Assembly: GCA_964016885.1 (NCBI GenBank) | Contig: OZ024740.1 | Location: forward strand, 134,602,001-134,666,000 | Source: Eledone cirrhosa | Taxonomy: Eukaryota | Direction: 5' to 3' | DNA: 64,000 nucleotides | Part shown: positions 38,419-52,700 of the stretch, piece after piece | How the letters are laid out: every line of letters starts with the position of its first letter | Position numbering within the stretch: the stretch's first letter is position 1 | The notes under the pieces: model-generated | What the model was told of the DNA's origin: nothing | The model's input: only the letters and a program-made list of their open reading frames with translations | Databases searched by the model: none | Program-made: the position numbers and the translations under genes

Positions 38419-39060
38419 TCCCGAAGACATCGGTTCTGACATGGACTGGGAGCCGCTTCCGCCAGTTTTAAAATGGCGGAAGGGCCCTACAATTTTACCA
38501 AGTGTTCAGGACCCCAGGGAATGAAGCAAGCGCCATTCCAATACAAATTTGGCTTGGGTGCTGCAATCTTCTTATCCCAACTCGAAACAGCGATGCTGAA
38601 CTGAGGGGACGGCAAAAGGCCAGACAACATGACCATCTTCCCATTCCATGGTGGTAAACCACTCATCTGGGATGTCATATGCAGTAACACATTCTCCAGT
38701 AGCAACCGACTGCAGTCTGTGACTAACCCAGGCTTTGGTGCATTTCGGGCCGAGGAGGGTAAACTCTCCAAATATCGGTCGCTCTTCGATAGGTTTGCGG
38801 TCGAGCCCGTGGCAGTGGAGACTTCTGGTGTCCTTGGTCCCAAGACCACCTCCCTACTCACCACCATCGGCACAGAGTTGGCTACCCGCAGGTGTGAGCC
38901 TCGCGAGCTGGAATGGTTCTCTCAGCGCGTCTCCCTCACTATCCTCCGGCGAAACTTCTCTATTCTGTCCGCCGGGGCCGAGGAGCGGCCAGCTCGTGGG
39001 TTCCCACTTGCTTATAATAGTGAGAGATTGGGAGAGCGGGATAGACGGAAGCAGTGACAG
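38419..39060 (+). mobile_element. 3' fragment of a CRE-clade non-LTR retrotransposon (RLE domain)
   Basis: DGKRPD.MT..PF.GGKPLIWDV, KLSKY, PVAVETSG.LG, QRVSL.I.R.N; begins directly after (TA)n. Confidence 0.8.
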
Positions 39061-39099
39061 TAGGAGTTTGGTTCCATTGTGTTTGGACCTGATGTATAT

Positions 39100-39294
39100 C
39101 AAGCCTGTCAACTCTCCCCGTCCGACGGGGAGATCTCCCAACCACTTTGGGGTGAGTGAGAGATGTCTTCTTTTGTGAATATGGGTATAGCTTTCATTAT
39201 GTAAAATCTCCCCATTTTGCCTCATTTTTCCCCGTTTTGGGGGCAATTTTTTCATCGTACTCCACGTTTGGGTCTTTAGAGGTTGGCAGGTCTG
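39100..39294 (-). mobile_element. MITE, copy 2
   Basis: Same TIRs; perfect 6-bp TSD GTATAT. Confidence 0.88.
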
Positions 39295-39784
39295 GTATAT
39301 GTATATATTTATTTACCACGCTACATTAGAATCACTTAACATTTCAATTTACAACCTTGTGCCAATATGAAATATCATTATTCTGTGATAGTGCTAGCAT
39401 ACATTGTCGTTCTCTTTGCTCATACGCAATGGTGTCTGAATCTGTTTCTTTCGAAATAAATTTATTTTACCTCACTTCGCTTATCTATCATATATTTTCC
39501 TGGTCGTTCAGATCAGTTTCTAAGCGCTTTTGAGTTTTCAGTCTAACATATTTCGTTTTACTTGTTTTCTTTAGATTAAATTTCACCTCAGGTAGTGTAA
39601 ATGTCACGCAGACACTAGCTGTTTGTGATCTTGTTGTTATACTTACATGCGCTGTTTTCTTATACTTTTCAAGATTACCACACATCAAGAGTAAACAGGT
39701 TTAATCCACTGGGAAGATGTATTTCTTTTTAAGTTCAGCACGCACACTAACAAAGAAGACTGAACATTTGAACGTGGTGGAAGT

Positions 39785-40536
39785 AGGTGGGGATTTTAGT
39801 TAGAGTGGTGGTGGTATTTGTGGCGTTGGTATGTAATGGGTGGGTGTTGCTGTTGGTGGTGGTGGTGAATGTAGTGTTGTACTGGTGACTCTGGTGCTTA
39901 TAGTGGTGGTGTTGATGGTGATGATACTGATAGTGGTGATGCTGATGATATTGGGGTGGGTTGTGTTGGTACTGGTGACGTTGGTGTTTATAGTGGTGGT
40001 GGTGGTGGTAATGTTGATGGGATGATACTGACAAGTGATGGTGGTGGTATTGAGGTAAGTGATATTGGTACTGTGGTACTGGTGACGTTGGTGTTTATAG
40101 TGGTGGTGGTGGTGGCGATGATGATAATGGTAGTGGTGCTGTTGGTAATGTTGGCTGTAGTGGAAGGTGGCAGTAGTTATAGTGATGAGGCTGACAGGTG
40201 GTAATGATGGTACTGGTATTTGTGTAGTCGGTGGCCAGGTGAAAAAGAAATGTTAGCAACAGTGGTAGCGGCAGAGAAAAGGGGGTGTCGAAGTGGTAAG
40301 TGGCTGGGTAGTGGCAGTAGTGATGAGACTGACAGGTGCTGGTGATAGTGATGGTGTTACTTAAGATGTTGGTGGTAGTAAATTAGCTATGGCAGCGGTA
40401 GTGGTGCTGATGATGATGATTGACGGTCGAATTTGTAGTATAGGTGCCTTGGTGGTGTCAATGGTAGTAATAGTGGTATGTCCAAAGTATTAGTAAAGTG
40501 ACTCAGTGGCGATGGTAATAATGATTTTTACTTTAG

Positions 40537-40567
<31 letters not shown>

Positions 40568-41120
40568 TGGTGGTGGTAAAGGCAGTAGTAGTAGACGGTC
40601 CAAGTGGTAACATAGTTGTCTTGGTGGTGACAATGGTAGTGGTAATAGTGGTGGGTATCGAAGTAATAACATAGATGTCAGCGGTGGCGATGGTAGTAAA
40701 GTTAGTAGTAGTAATGTTGGTTATAGTGGTGGTGTTGATGGTAGTAATGCTACTTGTATTGGTGCTGGTGATAGCGGTGGTGATGGTAGTAATGCTACTT
40801 GTATTGGTGCTGGTGATAGCGGTGGTGATGGTAGTAATGCTACTTGTAATGGTGCTGGTGATAGCGGTGGTGATGGTAGTAATGCTACTTGTATTGGTGC
40901 TGGTGATAGCGGTGGTGATGGTAGTAATGCTACTTGTAATGGTGCTGGTGATAGCGGTGGTGTTGATGGTAGTAATGCTACTTGTAATGGTGCTGGTGAT
41001 AATAGTGTTTCTTTGATCATAAAAAAATTCTCCATAACTAGTGATTTGACTATAATTAGCCATATTTTTTACTATAATTTTTGCATGATGATGATGGTGG
41101 TTGTGATGGTGGTGGTAAAG
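39785..41120. repeat. Degenerate (GGT/GAT/GTA)n low-complexity tract with a 45-bp minisatellite (about 6 copies, 40729-41002)
   Basis: Unit GGTGGTGATGGTAGTAATGCTACTTGTAWTGGTGCTGGTGATAGC read directly. Confidence 0.9.
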
Positions 41121-42037
41121 GTGATTGTGATGAAGAGGAGGAACAATGAATAATGGATGTTTAGGAAAAAAAACCTGGTGAGATGTGAAGATGACGGCGT
41201 AAACGACAATGATTATGTCATAACGGTGAGAAGAGTATGGAATGGAAAACATGATTATGTTAAATAGAAAACCATGAATTTGTGTAATGATAATGATTTC
41301 TAAGTTAATCATAATTTGAGGAAAGGAGATGACCCAGGATATCAATACTCTCGTACTTGACTGGTACATAATTTTAACGAGACCCTTCCTCACTCTCCAG
41401 TAAGCTAAAAAAAAATGCAAAATAGAACTCGGCGAGATTTGAACTCAGAACATAAATACACATGACTAAATACTGCAAAGCTTTTGCTAGTCGTTCAACA
41501 GTCTGTACTATCCTGTCGGGTCGCTCTCAAATGCTACTGGTAACATGTAACCCAGTACAACCTGTCTTATGGTCGTCGGCGACTAAACCGGCAACCCCAC
41601 CAAGCTTGCTTGGAGAGGAGGGTCATATTTGGAGACACCCTGCGGGATGAAATACAAGGCCCAGCGAAGGGCGGAGAAACTCAGCAGAGTCAATGGCCAT
41701 CCAAATAGTACTTTTTTTTTACCTGGGAATGAAAGGCCCCCAGCTGTTGTCACAACACCTTTCTAAGAGAGGGAAACTGAAAAAAAACAACCTGCGGCTT
41801 CAGAAGCATCCGATGATGTTGACCAGTTCTCCTTTTCGGGTAGTGTTTTCACTGCTCAGAGAGTGGGATTGGTCGAGTGCAAGGCCTTTCCTCACTTAAA
41901 AAAACCTCCAAAGCACAGGCATTGCTTGTTCAGGTTATGTTACAGGTTCGGATGACTGGCCGTAACATAAAAGTGCACTATTTTCTGTAATCTTACAAGC
42001 AACTGCAATAATCTTAGCAGAGTTTGCAGCCATCACA

Positions 42038-42105
<68 letters not shown>

Positions 42106-42230
42106 TGCATGAACTTGCTATCTTACAGGTAGCGTATTTGTTTTGTTACATATGGAGAGAGTAGACAGATAGACAAGGAGAGAGACAGGCAGACAAGTAT
42201 AGATAGATAAATGTTAGCAAAATAGATAAC

Positions 42231-45200
42231 TTTCTTTTTATTTGCCACCAGCACATCAAAGAGTGGGACAAGTACAATGCCGGGAGTTTACATAAAAAGG
42301 CGTCCTCAATAAGGAGGAGGCAATAACAAGATATAAAAAATAATATATAAAATATAACAAAAATAAATTTAATAACAAAATCCTCAATAGGGAGGAGGCG
42401 CCTTGTGGGGTCGCACACACCCTCGAAAAAAGTGTGCAACCCTTCTCCTCAGGAGCACAGAGAGGGGGTGCTCCCTTGATCTTTCATCTTCCTCACCTAT
42501 AGTCTGATGTAGAGTGAAGGCCCATTCACACGGGCCATTCTCGCTACTTTCACCCATCTTTCATAAAAACGGCTGGGGTGCAGCACCTCTCTCTCCATCC
42601 TGATCCTTCTTCCGAAATGATATCGGAAGAAACGGACCAGTTGTTGGCCAGAGAGAAAGGTGTCTGACCTCAGTCCTTTCAGACGCGTCCACCATACAAC
42701 CTCTTTCGCCATGGCTATTACGCATAGAAACACCGCCTCTCCTTCGTTTTTGAAGAGGGGAGGCGGCTTGATCGTTACAATAGACTCGGTGGTCAACCGG
42801 ATCGGTCCCACCCTTGACAGCAGTCGTTCGACATAGCCCTACAGATCGGCAATGCCCGAGCAGTGTACCAATGCGTGTGCAACTGTTTCCTCGTCGTACA
42901 CGCATCTGGGACAGATCTTTTTCGAGGGGTCCCTACCCGGGCGCCCGTGTCTGTAGAGCCTTTCTCGAACGGGCAGAGCCTCTCGGTAGCACTGCCAGGC
43001 CAGGGACCTCTGGAAATTATCCATGGGTTCCGGGCTGATGTCCTACCGAACAGGTTGGCCAGTTCGTCTTCCTCCATGCCTAGGGCTTCTCCGAGGGCGT
43101 CGTCGCACCTGCTAACCACCAGCCCTCTATAGAATGACGAGGTGGATTCTCCACTGACAGCCGGGTCCGCCTGCCAGAGAGCCGTGAGCGCCTGGGCACA
43201 CTCGGTGTGCCAGGCGCCCAGTTTTCTCGGCCTTTTCTTGACCCAGGATTGCAGCTCGGTGAGCGAGACGAGTCTGGGAAAGGCTCGCTTCACAAACGGG
43301 GCCCACACCGGTTGACTGGTGAGGAATACCTGGAGGTGACGTAGCCATAATGCGTGTTTACGTATCTTTAGCCACGGCATCCCCAGCCCTCCTTTCGAAG
43401 GGTGTTGACAGCAGATGGATCTCCTCACTATAGGAGCCCGTTTCTTCCAAAGGAATTGGAAGAGTGCGCGCTCTATTTTGGCGAGCGTTTCCCTTGGGCA
43501 AGGCACGACGGTCATGCGGTAGTAGATGACGGACGCTATATAAGTGTTCGCCACCTCCGCCCGACCTTTCAGGGATAGTTTGCACTCGGCCCACTTCTGG
43601 GTCAGTGCAAACACCCTGTTCGTTACCTCACCCCAGTTCTTCTCCACCTGGAGGTCTGGTCCGAACCAGACCCGAGCAACTTCACCAGGCCCTCCGTCCA
43701 GCGCCCGACGACGCCATCGGAGGGCATCGACCTGTCCCTCCACGTGCCGAGTTGCAGACCGATCGACTTGTCCCGGTTCAGCTTAGCCCCTGTAAACCTT
43801 TCGTACTCCTCCAGTAAGGTGCCGATCGCCCCGATTTCCGAGGCCGTCGACACCATTACTGTTACGTCATCGGCCTAGACCGACACCGCTTTCCGCAATC
43901 CTGGTTCCAACGGGCTGCCCTGCAACAACTCCAACTTCCGCAGCAGTGGCTCTAGAGTCATTAGATACAGAAGGGAGGAGAGAGGGCACCCTTGACGGAT
44001 GGACCGCGCGATTTCGAACGGTTCCGAGAGGTAGCCGTTCACCTTGACCCTAGAGCAGATGCGGCTGCTGTGCATGGCAATGATCCAGCCCCTGAAAACG
44101 GGTCCGAAGCCTGCCGCCGCTAGCACCGCATCCAGGTAACCATGGTCGACCCTGTCGAACGCCTTAGATTGATCCAAGTTGATAAGGGCCCCACCAAAGC
44201 CGGGTTCGTTCCCAACCCTCTCTATGATGTATCGCATGAGGTGGAGGTTGTCGTGGATGGACCTGGACGGGATAGCACATGTCTGCGCATCTCCCACCAG
44301 GTTACCCACGACAAGCGTCAACCTCTTTGCTAGCACCTTGGCCAAAATCTGTAACTCTGTATTTAGCAGAGTTATGGGCCTGAAATTATTTCTATCGTCC
44401 CCCTTGTTCTCGTTCTTTCTCACTAGCGTTACTACAACCTTGGTCACAGCACAGGGAATTCTCCCGTTCTGTTGCCAGTTGCAGTAGACCGCCTCGAGGA
44501 GATCGGGGAACAAGTCCGGCATAGCTAGATATAGTTCGTATGGAAGACCATCGAGATCCGAGGATTTGCGTTTGCCGCATTGGCTCAGCACGTCCTCTAT
44601 CTCAGCGGCTGAAATCGGCTCTTCGCAGGACTTCGCCTCCCTGTCTGAGAGACACGGCAGGCCGTCGAGGTATGGACCGAAGTTCACTTCCCCAACCGGT
44701 TCCCCGCCCCTTCCGAACAATCTGACAAAGTGCTTTTGAAAAGCCTCGCACATCTGATTAGGTTCAAAGATCACCCGTCCATCCTGGTCTCGGAAAGACC
44801 GGATAGTGGATCTACTCCGTCTTTTGGCTTCTGTCACGCGGGCCCAGCTAACAGCTTTGGCCCCCTCGTTTCCCAGAGCATGTATTTTGCTTCGGACGAT
44901 GCAGCTTTCGTGTTTCGCGTCGAAGAACTGGCCCAGGGCCGTTCTCGACGCTAGCACTCTGGTCACGTCGCCGCTTCTAATTGCCTCTTCTACACTATCT
45001 ACCAACTCCCTTTCCTTCCTATTTTTATTTGAGGCTAACTCCTTACTAAATTCTATAGAGACTACCCTAATCTCTCTTTTGAGAGATTCCCCCCCACCTG
45101 CTATTGACGATGGCGCCCGTCAACCGCTCCTTAACTAAAGTGTTAATCCGGTCCCTGTAAGCCTTACTTGCCGGTAAGGACAAGTTGAGCTTCCAGTAAC

Positions 45201-47856
45201 CGGGTCCCTGTCTATGCGTTCTGTCAAGGTTGACCATGCAGGTCACTAACTTGTGGTCTGAATAGCCAACCATGAGCATTTTTGGACAACTTAAAAAGTC
45301 CTTATCCTTATTTCTAACTAAGAACCTATCTAGGTACGACCTAGATGATCCACTGCGGTTTGCCCAAGTCCAGGTTGGCGCAGTCGGAAAATCTAGTCGA
45401 TATCTATCGGCCAGATCAATTCGACCGATTAACCCTTTGAGGCTGTTACACCCCTCTCTATCGGGATAGGCCCCTACGTAGTCCCAACGTGCATATAGGA
45501 TACCATTCCAGTACCCCACTAATAGCAAGGAGCGGGACGTCCCTAGAAAAGTCTCCAGACGATGGAAGAAATCTGGCCGCGTTGACCCGAAAGGGCCGTA
45601 GACGGCTACCAGCCTAAACGCTCCGCCTTCACCACTGCCAAGGTCCAGAACCCCTAGTCGACCCTCCGGGTCCAAATGTATCGTCTGTGTTGCGAGACCC
45701 AGATGTTTTTGCAGCAAAACGACAACCCCACCCCCGCCTCCTGGCTGACAGAGAGATGCGTGCATCTCAAAGTCATCAAAGGTGGAGGCCAGCTGTCGCA
45801 CGTTGCTGACCCGGGCCTCGCAAATAACCATCACATCTATACGTTGTGACCTGAGGTCATTTAGAAGCATTGCTTGCTTCCAAGTTGAGCCCAGGCCACG
45901 CGCATTTAGACAGCCTACTCTTAGCATAGCCATGTTGGTGGTGAAGAGAAAAGCACTTACCTCTCTGCGTCCCGGGTATCGGGCTGCATAATTTCCATGA
46001 GGGTGAGGGATGGGTTGTTGGGTGGGGTGGTGGTTTGTGGAAGTGTAGGGGCATCAGTGTGTTGTGTGGTTGGGGTGTTTGAGTTGTGTGGGTGTTGGGG
46101 AGGGGGTGGGGAAGTTTTTTTAGGAGGACGCAGGGGGGGGGGGGACGTCCTCTTTAAAGTTGTTTTTTAGTGTTTTATATGCGTCCTCTGGGGCCTTAAT
46201 CATTTTGAGGTGGGGGAAATCCCCTGCCTGGGTGAAGTTAGGCCCTTGGGTTTTTACTGAATTGTTGTTGTATACAATGTTTAGCAGTTTTTTATTTTTG
46301 TTTTTGTGTGGTGTTTTTTGTTTGCTGTTGTTGTGTTGTGTGCTCTTTTGTGTTGGTGTCTGTGTTATGTTTTGGGGAGGGGTTGTTTTCATTTGTGTGT
46401 CTGAGGTGTGTTTTCTTTTTTTTCTTTCGATTGTGTGGAAGTGCTCCTCCTCGTCTGACGACGAACGAGGGTCATCTTCCGCGTTGGAGGGGAGGGGTAG
46501 ATTTTCGGGTTGTGTTTGCGGTGCGGGTGTTTTGGAAATTGTTTTTTTTAGTGGGGTGGGTGGGTTGGACAGTGTTTTGTTTTGGTTTGAGCTGTGGTTG
46601 TTGTTTTTGTAGTGGTGGTTGTGGTGATTGTGTTGGTTGTGCAGTTGTTGGTGGTGTAGGCAGGATTGGGGTTTTCTTTTTAAGTTGAGGACAGACAGCC
46701 CTCAGATGACCTCTGGATCCACAGAGGTAACACGAGGGCCGCCTACCCTCAACGGTAATGTTGATAAAAGTTTGATCATCCAGTATGACGCGTTCAGGGA
46801 TCTGGGCGATCCTTTCGGGCCTCATTTAAACTACAAGTTCGAGGCCCGTTCCACTGAACGCGTCACCCGATGCCTTTCCCATGGATATTAGTGTCATCGT
46901 CTAGGTCCAGGAAACCTGTCAATACCCACCAAATGTCCATAATTGGAAGGATGATGTGAATTTTTATTTTTTGTGTCCTTCTACCCATGTACGTAGGGTA
47001 GAAGGTGTATGCGGTGGATGTGATTGGTTTTATTGACAGTTTCGCTGCTGTGTCCCTGTCCTTCATGAGAATGGATAGACTCCCGTAGAGTCTATCCTTC
47101 TGAATGAATATGATGTCTTTCATGGCATCTTTTAAAACCAGCCCTATCTCACTCTGTGATGGTTGAGCTGGTTTTTTGCTTTTGTTTGAGACTGTCCTAA
47201 ACATGACAGTGTTTAGGAGTCTCTGGCTTTTTAGTTCCGGGGGGGGGGGGGAGTTCCATTTTCCCCGTACACTATGTATTTTTTGGCATCTGCCAGTAGC
47301 TCCTTCGCTTTGCTTATATCTACTGGCAGATAGTCGAGGGTTTTCCTTGCCGTCTGGGCGAAGGAGACCTTTTCCTTGTTTGTGTTGCTGTTGTAGTTGG
47401 TGGTGTTGTTGTTTTCATTGTTGTTGTTATTGTTGTTGGTGTTTTTGTTGCTGTTGTTGTCGTTGTTTTCAGTTCTTGTATAGTTGTGGCTACGTCAAGT
47501 GGTCGGTCAACAGGTGGAGAAAGTTCTACCTCTGGCTGACCTCTGCCTTTGGCATCTGCTGCTGTGACAGTGGCAGGGGGAAGCTGTGAGTTTAGCTTCC
47601 CTTTTCTTTCTTTGAATGTTGGTGAAGATGCTTCAGCCATTTTTATCAAAGTAGGAAAGTTTCGAAAGATAAACATTTTTTTTTCAACACAATTTCGCCT
47701 AAAGGCGTAGAATAATTTGAGAGACTGACCAGATCAAAATTTGACCTGGCAGTCCCTCTACAAAATGGTACAAAAATGAAAGTTTACAGTTTCGAATTTC
47801 TATGAAAATTTAGGCAGAACTTACCTAGCATGTTTTACGCGTGTGTCCATCCCAGA
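42231..47856 (-). mobile_element. Near full-length Tx1/L1-group LINE with ORF1 and ORF2, frameshifted
   Basis: ORF1 pieces include a CCHC knuckle (CYLCGSRGHLRAVC). ORF2 pieces 45067-45933 (APE: LNARGL, YLDRF, SDH, GYWKLN), 43875-45005 (RT: NFRPITLLN, KAFDRV, QGCPLS) and C-terminal CPRC..EETVAHAL.HC. AATAAA near 42237. The 5' boundary is approximate. Confidence 0.92.
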
Positions 47857-48372
47857 AGATAGATAGATAGATAGATGGGCGAAGACAATGGGAAAACGAA
47901 CAAACACAGGGCAGTCCCCCCTCACCAGTCGACCGTTGGGGATACATTTTTTTCAGTGCTTCAAGATCGATACAACTGACTCCAGTGTACATGGGACAGT
48001 GAAAAATGGACACAAGACAAAACGATTGATTTTTTGTCTATTTACAAATAAAATAAAATTTGCTACAACCCAATGTTCTGCAACTGAAACATATTAGCAA
48101 CTTCTTAGCCAAGAAGTAGAAATGAAAAGAGGTGGAAGCGACAGAAAGTGTACAAACATGAAGAAAAACTGTTTTCGTTTATTTGGACATTAAGTCCTAA
48201 ATAGACAGACACATCGAGTGAGGAGGGTGGGAGGGAACAGAGAACGTGTAAAATAAATATATATCAATCTTCTTTGCTAATATTTTGAGCTTTGTCCGTT
48301 TTTCCGTTGTCTTCGCCCACATTTTTTATTCGTTTTGTATGATTTTAGCCACGCGGGACACTTTTTCAAATT

Positions 48373-48411
<39 letters not shown>

Positions 48412-48929
48412 ACACGTGCGAAACGAAAGACAGCTAATTACCGTGTTGTACCCCCACCTGTCTGTCTCCTCGTAATGTTCTTATTGTAAAAAGACATTTT
48501 CGAAAGTGTAGATAACGATTATGTTGATAAAATTTTAAAAAAAAATGTCGTTTTCATTCACGGAAAATACCGGAAGTTCCCTTTAAATGAAGGATTACCA
48601 AACTTTATTTATAGCAGACATCTTGTACACATAAGCATAATTTCCCTCTTAAATGATTTAGGAAAAAGTTCATTGAATAAAATATACAGACTGAGAGATG
48701 CAGAGCCATAGTTTGTAACTTAAGCGTTAGGGTTGGTACTACAATGTAACATGTTGGGTCCGAGATAAGCGACAAAAATGTTATCTCGTTTGTGCGTCCG
48801 AACGCCAGAGAGAATAAAGCTAATGAGCATCACGGAGCGAAATCATTCATTTTTATCGCACAAAAAGGAAAAAAAGACAGTTTCGGGTTGAGTGTGCGTC
48901 AAAAATAATCCGAAAATACCAGGAACTAT

Positions 48930-49215
48930 CAAACAATTATTTTTCCAGCCTGTGGCGTTCGAGACGTTTGGTGGAGTTGGGCCGTTAACAGCGAAATTCT
49001 TGTCATCGTTGGCGGCTCGTTTTACTGAGTTGTCAGGTGATGCCATGAGGGTGCCTGGTTGTTTCAGTGCCTTAGCCTCGCAATCACCCGTAGTAATGCT
49101 GCGAGCTTATTGGCTTGCCTCAAAATATTCCGTTGATTCTTGTGATATGCGTCGATTGTCGCACTTGGTGATGATTTGACGGACACTTTTGTTTTGGTTT
49201 CTCTTTTTTTCTTTA
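48930..49215 (+). mobile_element. Short CRE-like RLE 3' fragment
   Basis: FFQPVAFETFGGVGP...FL, then a frameshifted WLFQCLSLAI.R.NA. Confidence 0.65.
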
Positions 49216-49709
49216 TCTTTCTCTAGTCAAATATTTTGGTGCGTTATATTTGTGAGATTCCCAGCAATAGTTAATTGTATTTAGTATATGTGTTTATATT
49301 TTCAATCTCTTGTTAGGAATAATTTCATTGACTGACGTGAACTTACATATTCTAGGTAAATATAAATAAATAAATATACACAAGTACAAGAACAACAAGC
49401 ACACATAAACACACACTAGTGAACAAAGAATACAAAAACACACAGACTCAAACACGAACACACGCACCAAACAGAAAACACACACGCTAACAGAGACAGA
49501 GGCAAGAATAAATAAATAAATAAAATTAAAATGGCGTAGACATTACAATACAACGGGAGGAAACATAATAGTACCACTGATGATGTCACAGATGTGTGGC
49601 GAATAATATATATAAGAAAAATGGAGTGCTGCGTGGTTGCACATGGGTTACATATGAATAAAATTAGTCCTTCATCAGTGATCTTCCAACCTTCATTGGT
49701 ATTTCATCG

Positions 49710-49771
<62 letters not shown>

Positions 49772-52700
49772 TTTTAACCGTTAGTCAATCAATGATAAAC
49801 ATTGATTGCCAAATAGATTAACTGTGGAGATATAAAAGATACAGAAGCGAAAACCAATCCAAACCAAACAGTGAGTGTGTTTTATTATTATTTCTGGCAA
49901 CAATATTATAACAATATGACCCTCCCCAAATATAACTATATATATATATATAGCAAACACTATGCACATTTTAATGACCGAGTTCCGTAGGATTACGGAA
50001 CTTGGTCATTAAAATGTGCATAGTGTTTGCTATAATAAATCTTTGAAGGAATTTCACCAGTCCGGCCTCCTGTCATTTTACTCAATAATAATTAACTCCG
50101 ATCTCGCACCACCAACAAGATTCAACATAAATGAGGATGGTTAAGTTGCATAACGTCGAGTGATTTTCCTTATATTATATCATGGTTGACTGTACGGAAT
50201 GACCAGTTCTATCCAGTGGTGAACCAACAAACCTAAATGAATATATATATATATAAACTTCAAGTTTCTAAACCTTCACTCTTCAGTAGATTATGGACAG
50301 AGACTTTCTATTAAGACTGATGAGCCAAAAGGGTTAACAGGTGAGCCCAACTAATTGCTCAACCTGTTAGAAAAAAGCAACTAAATTTGTCTTAAGAGGG
50401 GAAACATTACATAATGTAGTCTTAAGGTAGACTAAAAGGAGTGCTCGTGACAGGTGGAATGTATCTGATGATAGGTCCGTTCGATCAGGGTTGACATGGG
50501 GCTGAGGCCGAATTAAGTCACTTTGAGGCCCTAAGCTCTTAATAGATTATGGTACTCCTCATATTTAAAGTCTAAAAAAATCTTTTTTTTTTGTTTTTAG
50601 AATGATAATTACATTATAATTTGAATTAAAATGGGCCCTTTTTTTGTTATCATAAGCACGGGTTTATTTTGCTCAATGGTTAATCCACCCCAGCCCTGAG
50701 CTAAATAACATCAACAATACATAAAAGAGCCTATGAAAAGGTAGAAAAGTCAGTTCAAGTTTATATAAAATGGGAGTGTAGAATCTATTTCATTCACACA
50801 GATAAACTTTATATATTGAATATGATTTACAAAGGAAACAAATCAGTATAAATTAATCAGAGAAAAAGAAAACGAAAAAAGATATGCACAAGAAATTAAA
50901 CGCTATGCCAAGGAGTACTGATGTTCCCTTTTAAAAATCTTTGTGCTAAACCAAGACACGGCATTGTCGCGGGTTCTAGTGAGGCTAAGGTGTTGGTATA
51001 ATCATTGTTTCTACTTTAGGCAGGCCAGCAATTACCCAGTGCATTACTGAGGTGTTGGTATAATCATGCACCTTCACAAGCGTCACCTGATACTTCATTA
51101 AAACACTCCTGTAAAATAATCTATTATCTGATAAAGTAAGAAGATTGATAAGCCCCTGTTGTAGATGGACCTTAATGCTTTTGATTTTACATAACTTTAC
51201 CTCTGTTATTCAAAGATTTATATAGTTTATCATAGCTGTGAATGAGGCATACTTAATTGCGACACTTCGGGATGAACTTCGTTGAAACTTTTTATTACTG
51301 TATAGATAATGTCTTTCTCATGCTTTGAAATATTTCGGCATCAAAACTGAACCCAAAAACATAATAAAGAACAAGATTAGCTGATGTTAGTCGATATAAA
51401 CCCTTCTATTTTTCATGAATTTTTACATATTCTTTTCATATATTGACTTGCATGCGGGCATCTATATATAGACATACAAAAAGATACCTTGAGGCACACA
51501 CATAAACATACGTACACACACACATGTGTATGTACGTGTGCATACATACACAATACATACATACATACATACATACATACATACATACATACATACATAC
51601 ATACATACATACAAATAAATATGATATTCAGGGATTTCTGATACTGACTTCTTCACACAAGTGTGAGAACATTTTTGCATTTTCTGTCTTGTCATATGGC
51701 CACGCTGTTTGTGAATTCTTATTAAGGGGTCTTAGGTTCCCATAATTACTGTCTTAAGGCATGAAGAAGCTATTTTTAAAACACTCATTGGTGCTGACAT
51801 TCTTTCAATGTAAAAGCGAAAATAGTTTTATATATCATATCCTGTATTGTGCAAAATGTCATGATGAGCAAAATAATTCCCTCTTTAAAGAATACAAGAT
51901 TGCACTGAACTGTTAGTACATGTACACTTTAAAATACTTAGATGATTTAAGGCTTTAGATATCTGATACGGTCATAACTTATGGAATGGGTTAATTTTAG
52001 TTTAGTGTAGTGCTAAATATAAACAAAGCATGCGATCAACCTATATATTAATTTACCAAGCGCCTATTTCAGGCAAATATTTTGTGAGTTGTTTGTGTGC
52101 CGTTCGGGGGCATCAGGCATCATCATCATCATCATCATCATTCGACTGCAGCAGTAGCATAATTTTCCTCTACCCATTGCACCTTTCATAATCAGTTGAG
52201 ATTTAAATCCCTAGGCGCAATTTGAATTCAAAACGCAAATTGTCGGAACAGATACCGCAAGGCATCTCGTCCGACTAGTACTTTATTTTATCGACCCCGA
52301 AAAGATGAAATGGCGAAGTTGATTTCAGCAGGAGTTGAAGCCAGATCATAGATAGTCAGTATGAATGCCGAAAAGAATTATATCCAACGCCCTAACGACT
52401 CAGCCAATTCGGCACCGGTGGACAACTGGACGACAGAATAATTAGATGCTGGCTAACTAGGCACCATTATAATCGCAATATGGCTAAGGAAAACTACCTC
52501 ACTTTTGATGAATTCGCCAACTCTTCGATGTCCACAAGATAAAGCCTAGGGACTATCTACGTGGTCGTTTAATCTTCTAAACATAGCAGTAAAATGTTCT
52601 TAAATAACATCCCACCGCCTTGAAAAAATAAGGAAGGACACGTTAGATAACGTAGTCCTAAATATACAGAATGACAAGATGGCTACAGGTTAGAATGCAT

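Noticed and set aside
40533-41420. 295-aa Thr/Ser/His-rich mucin-like ORF
   Set aside because: It arises from stop-poor trinucleotide repeats and a 45-bp minisatellite; several frames and both strands are open, and there is no splice or domain support.
49572-49612. CTGATGA plus GTCACA/TGTGGC stem plus GAAT
   Set aside because: GAAA is broken, there is an extra base before stem II, and no stem I partner because a different insert follows; cannot be called an HHR.
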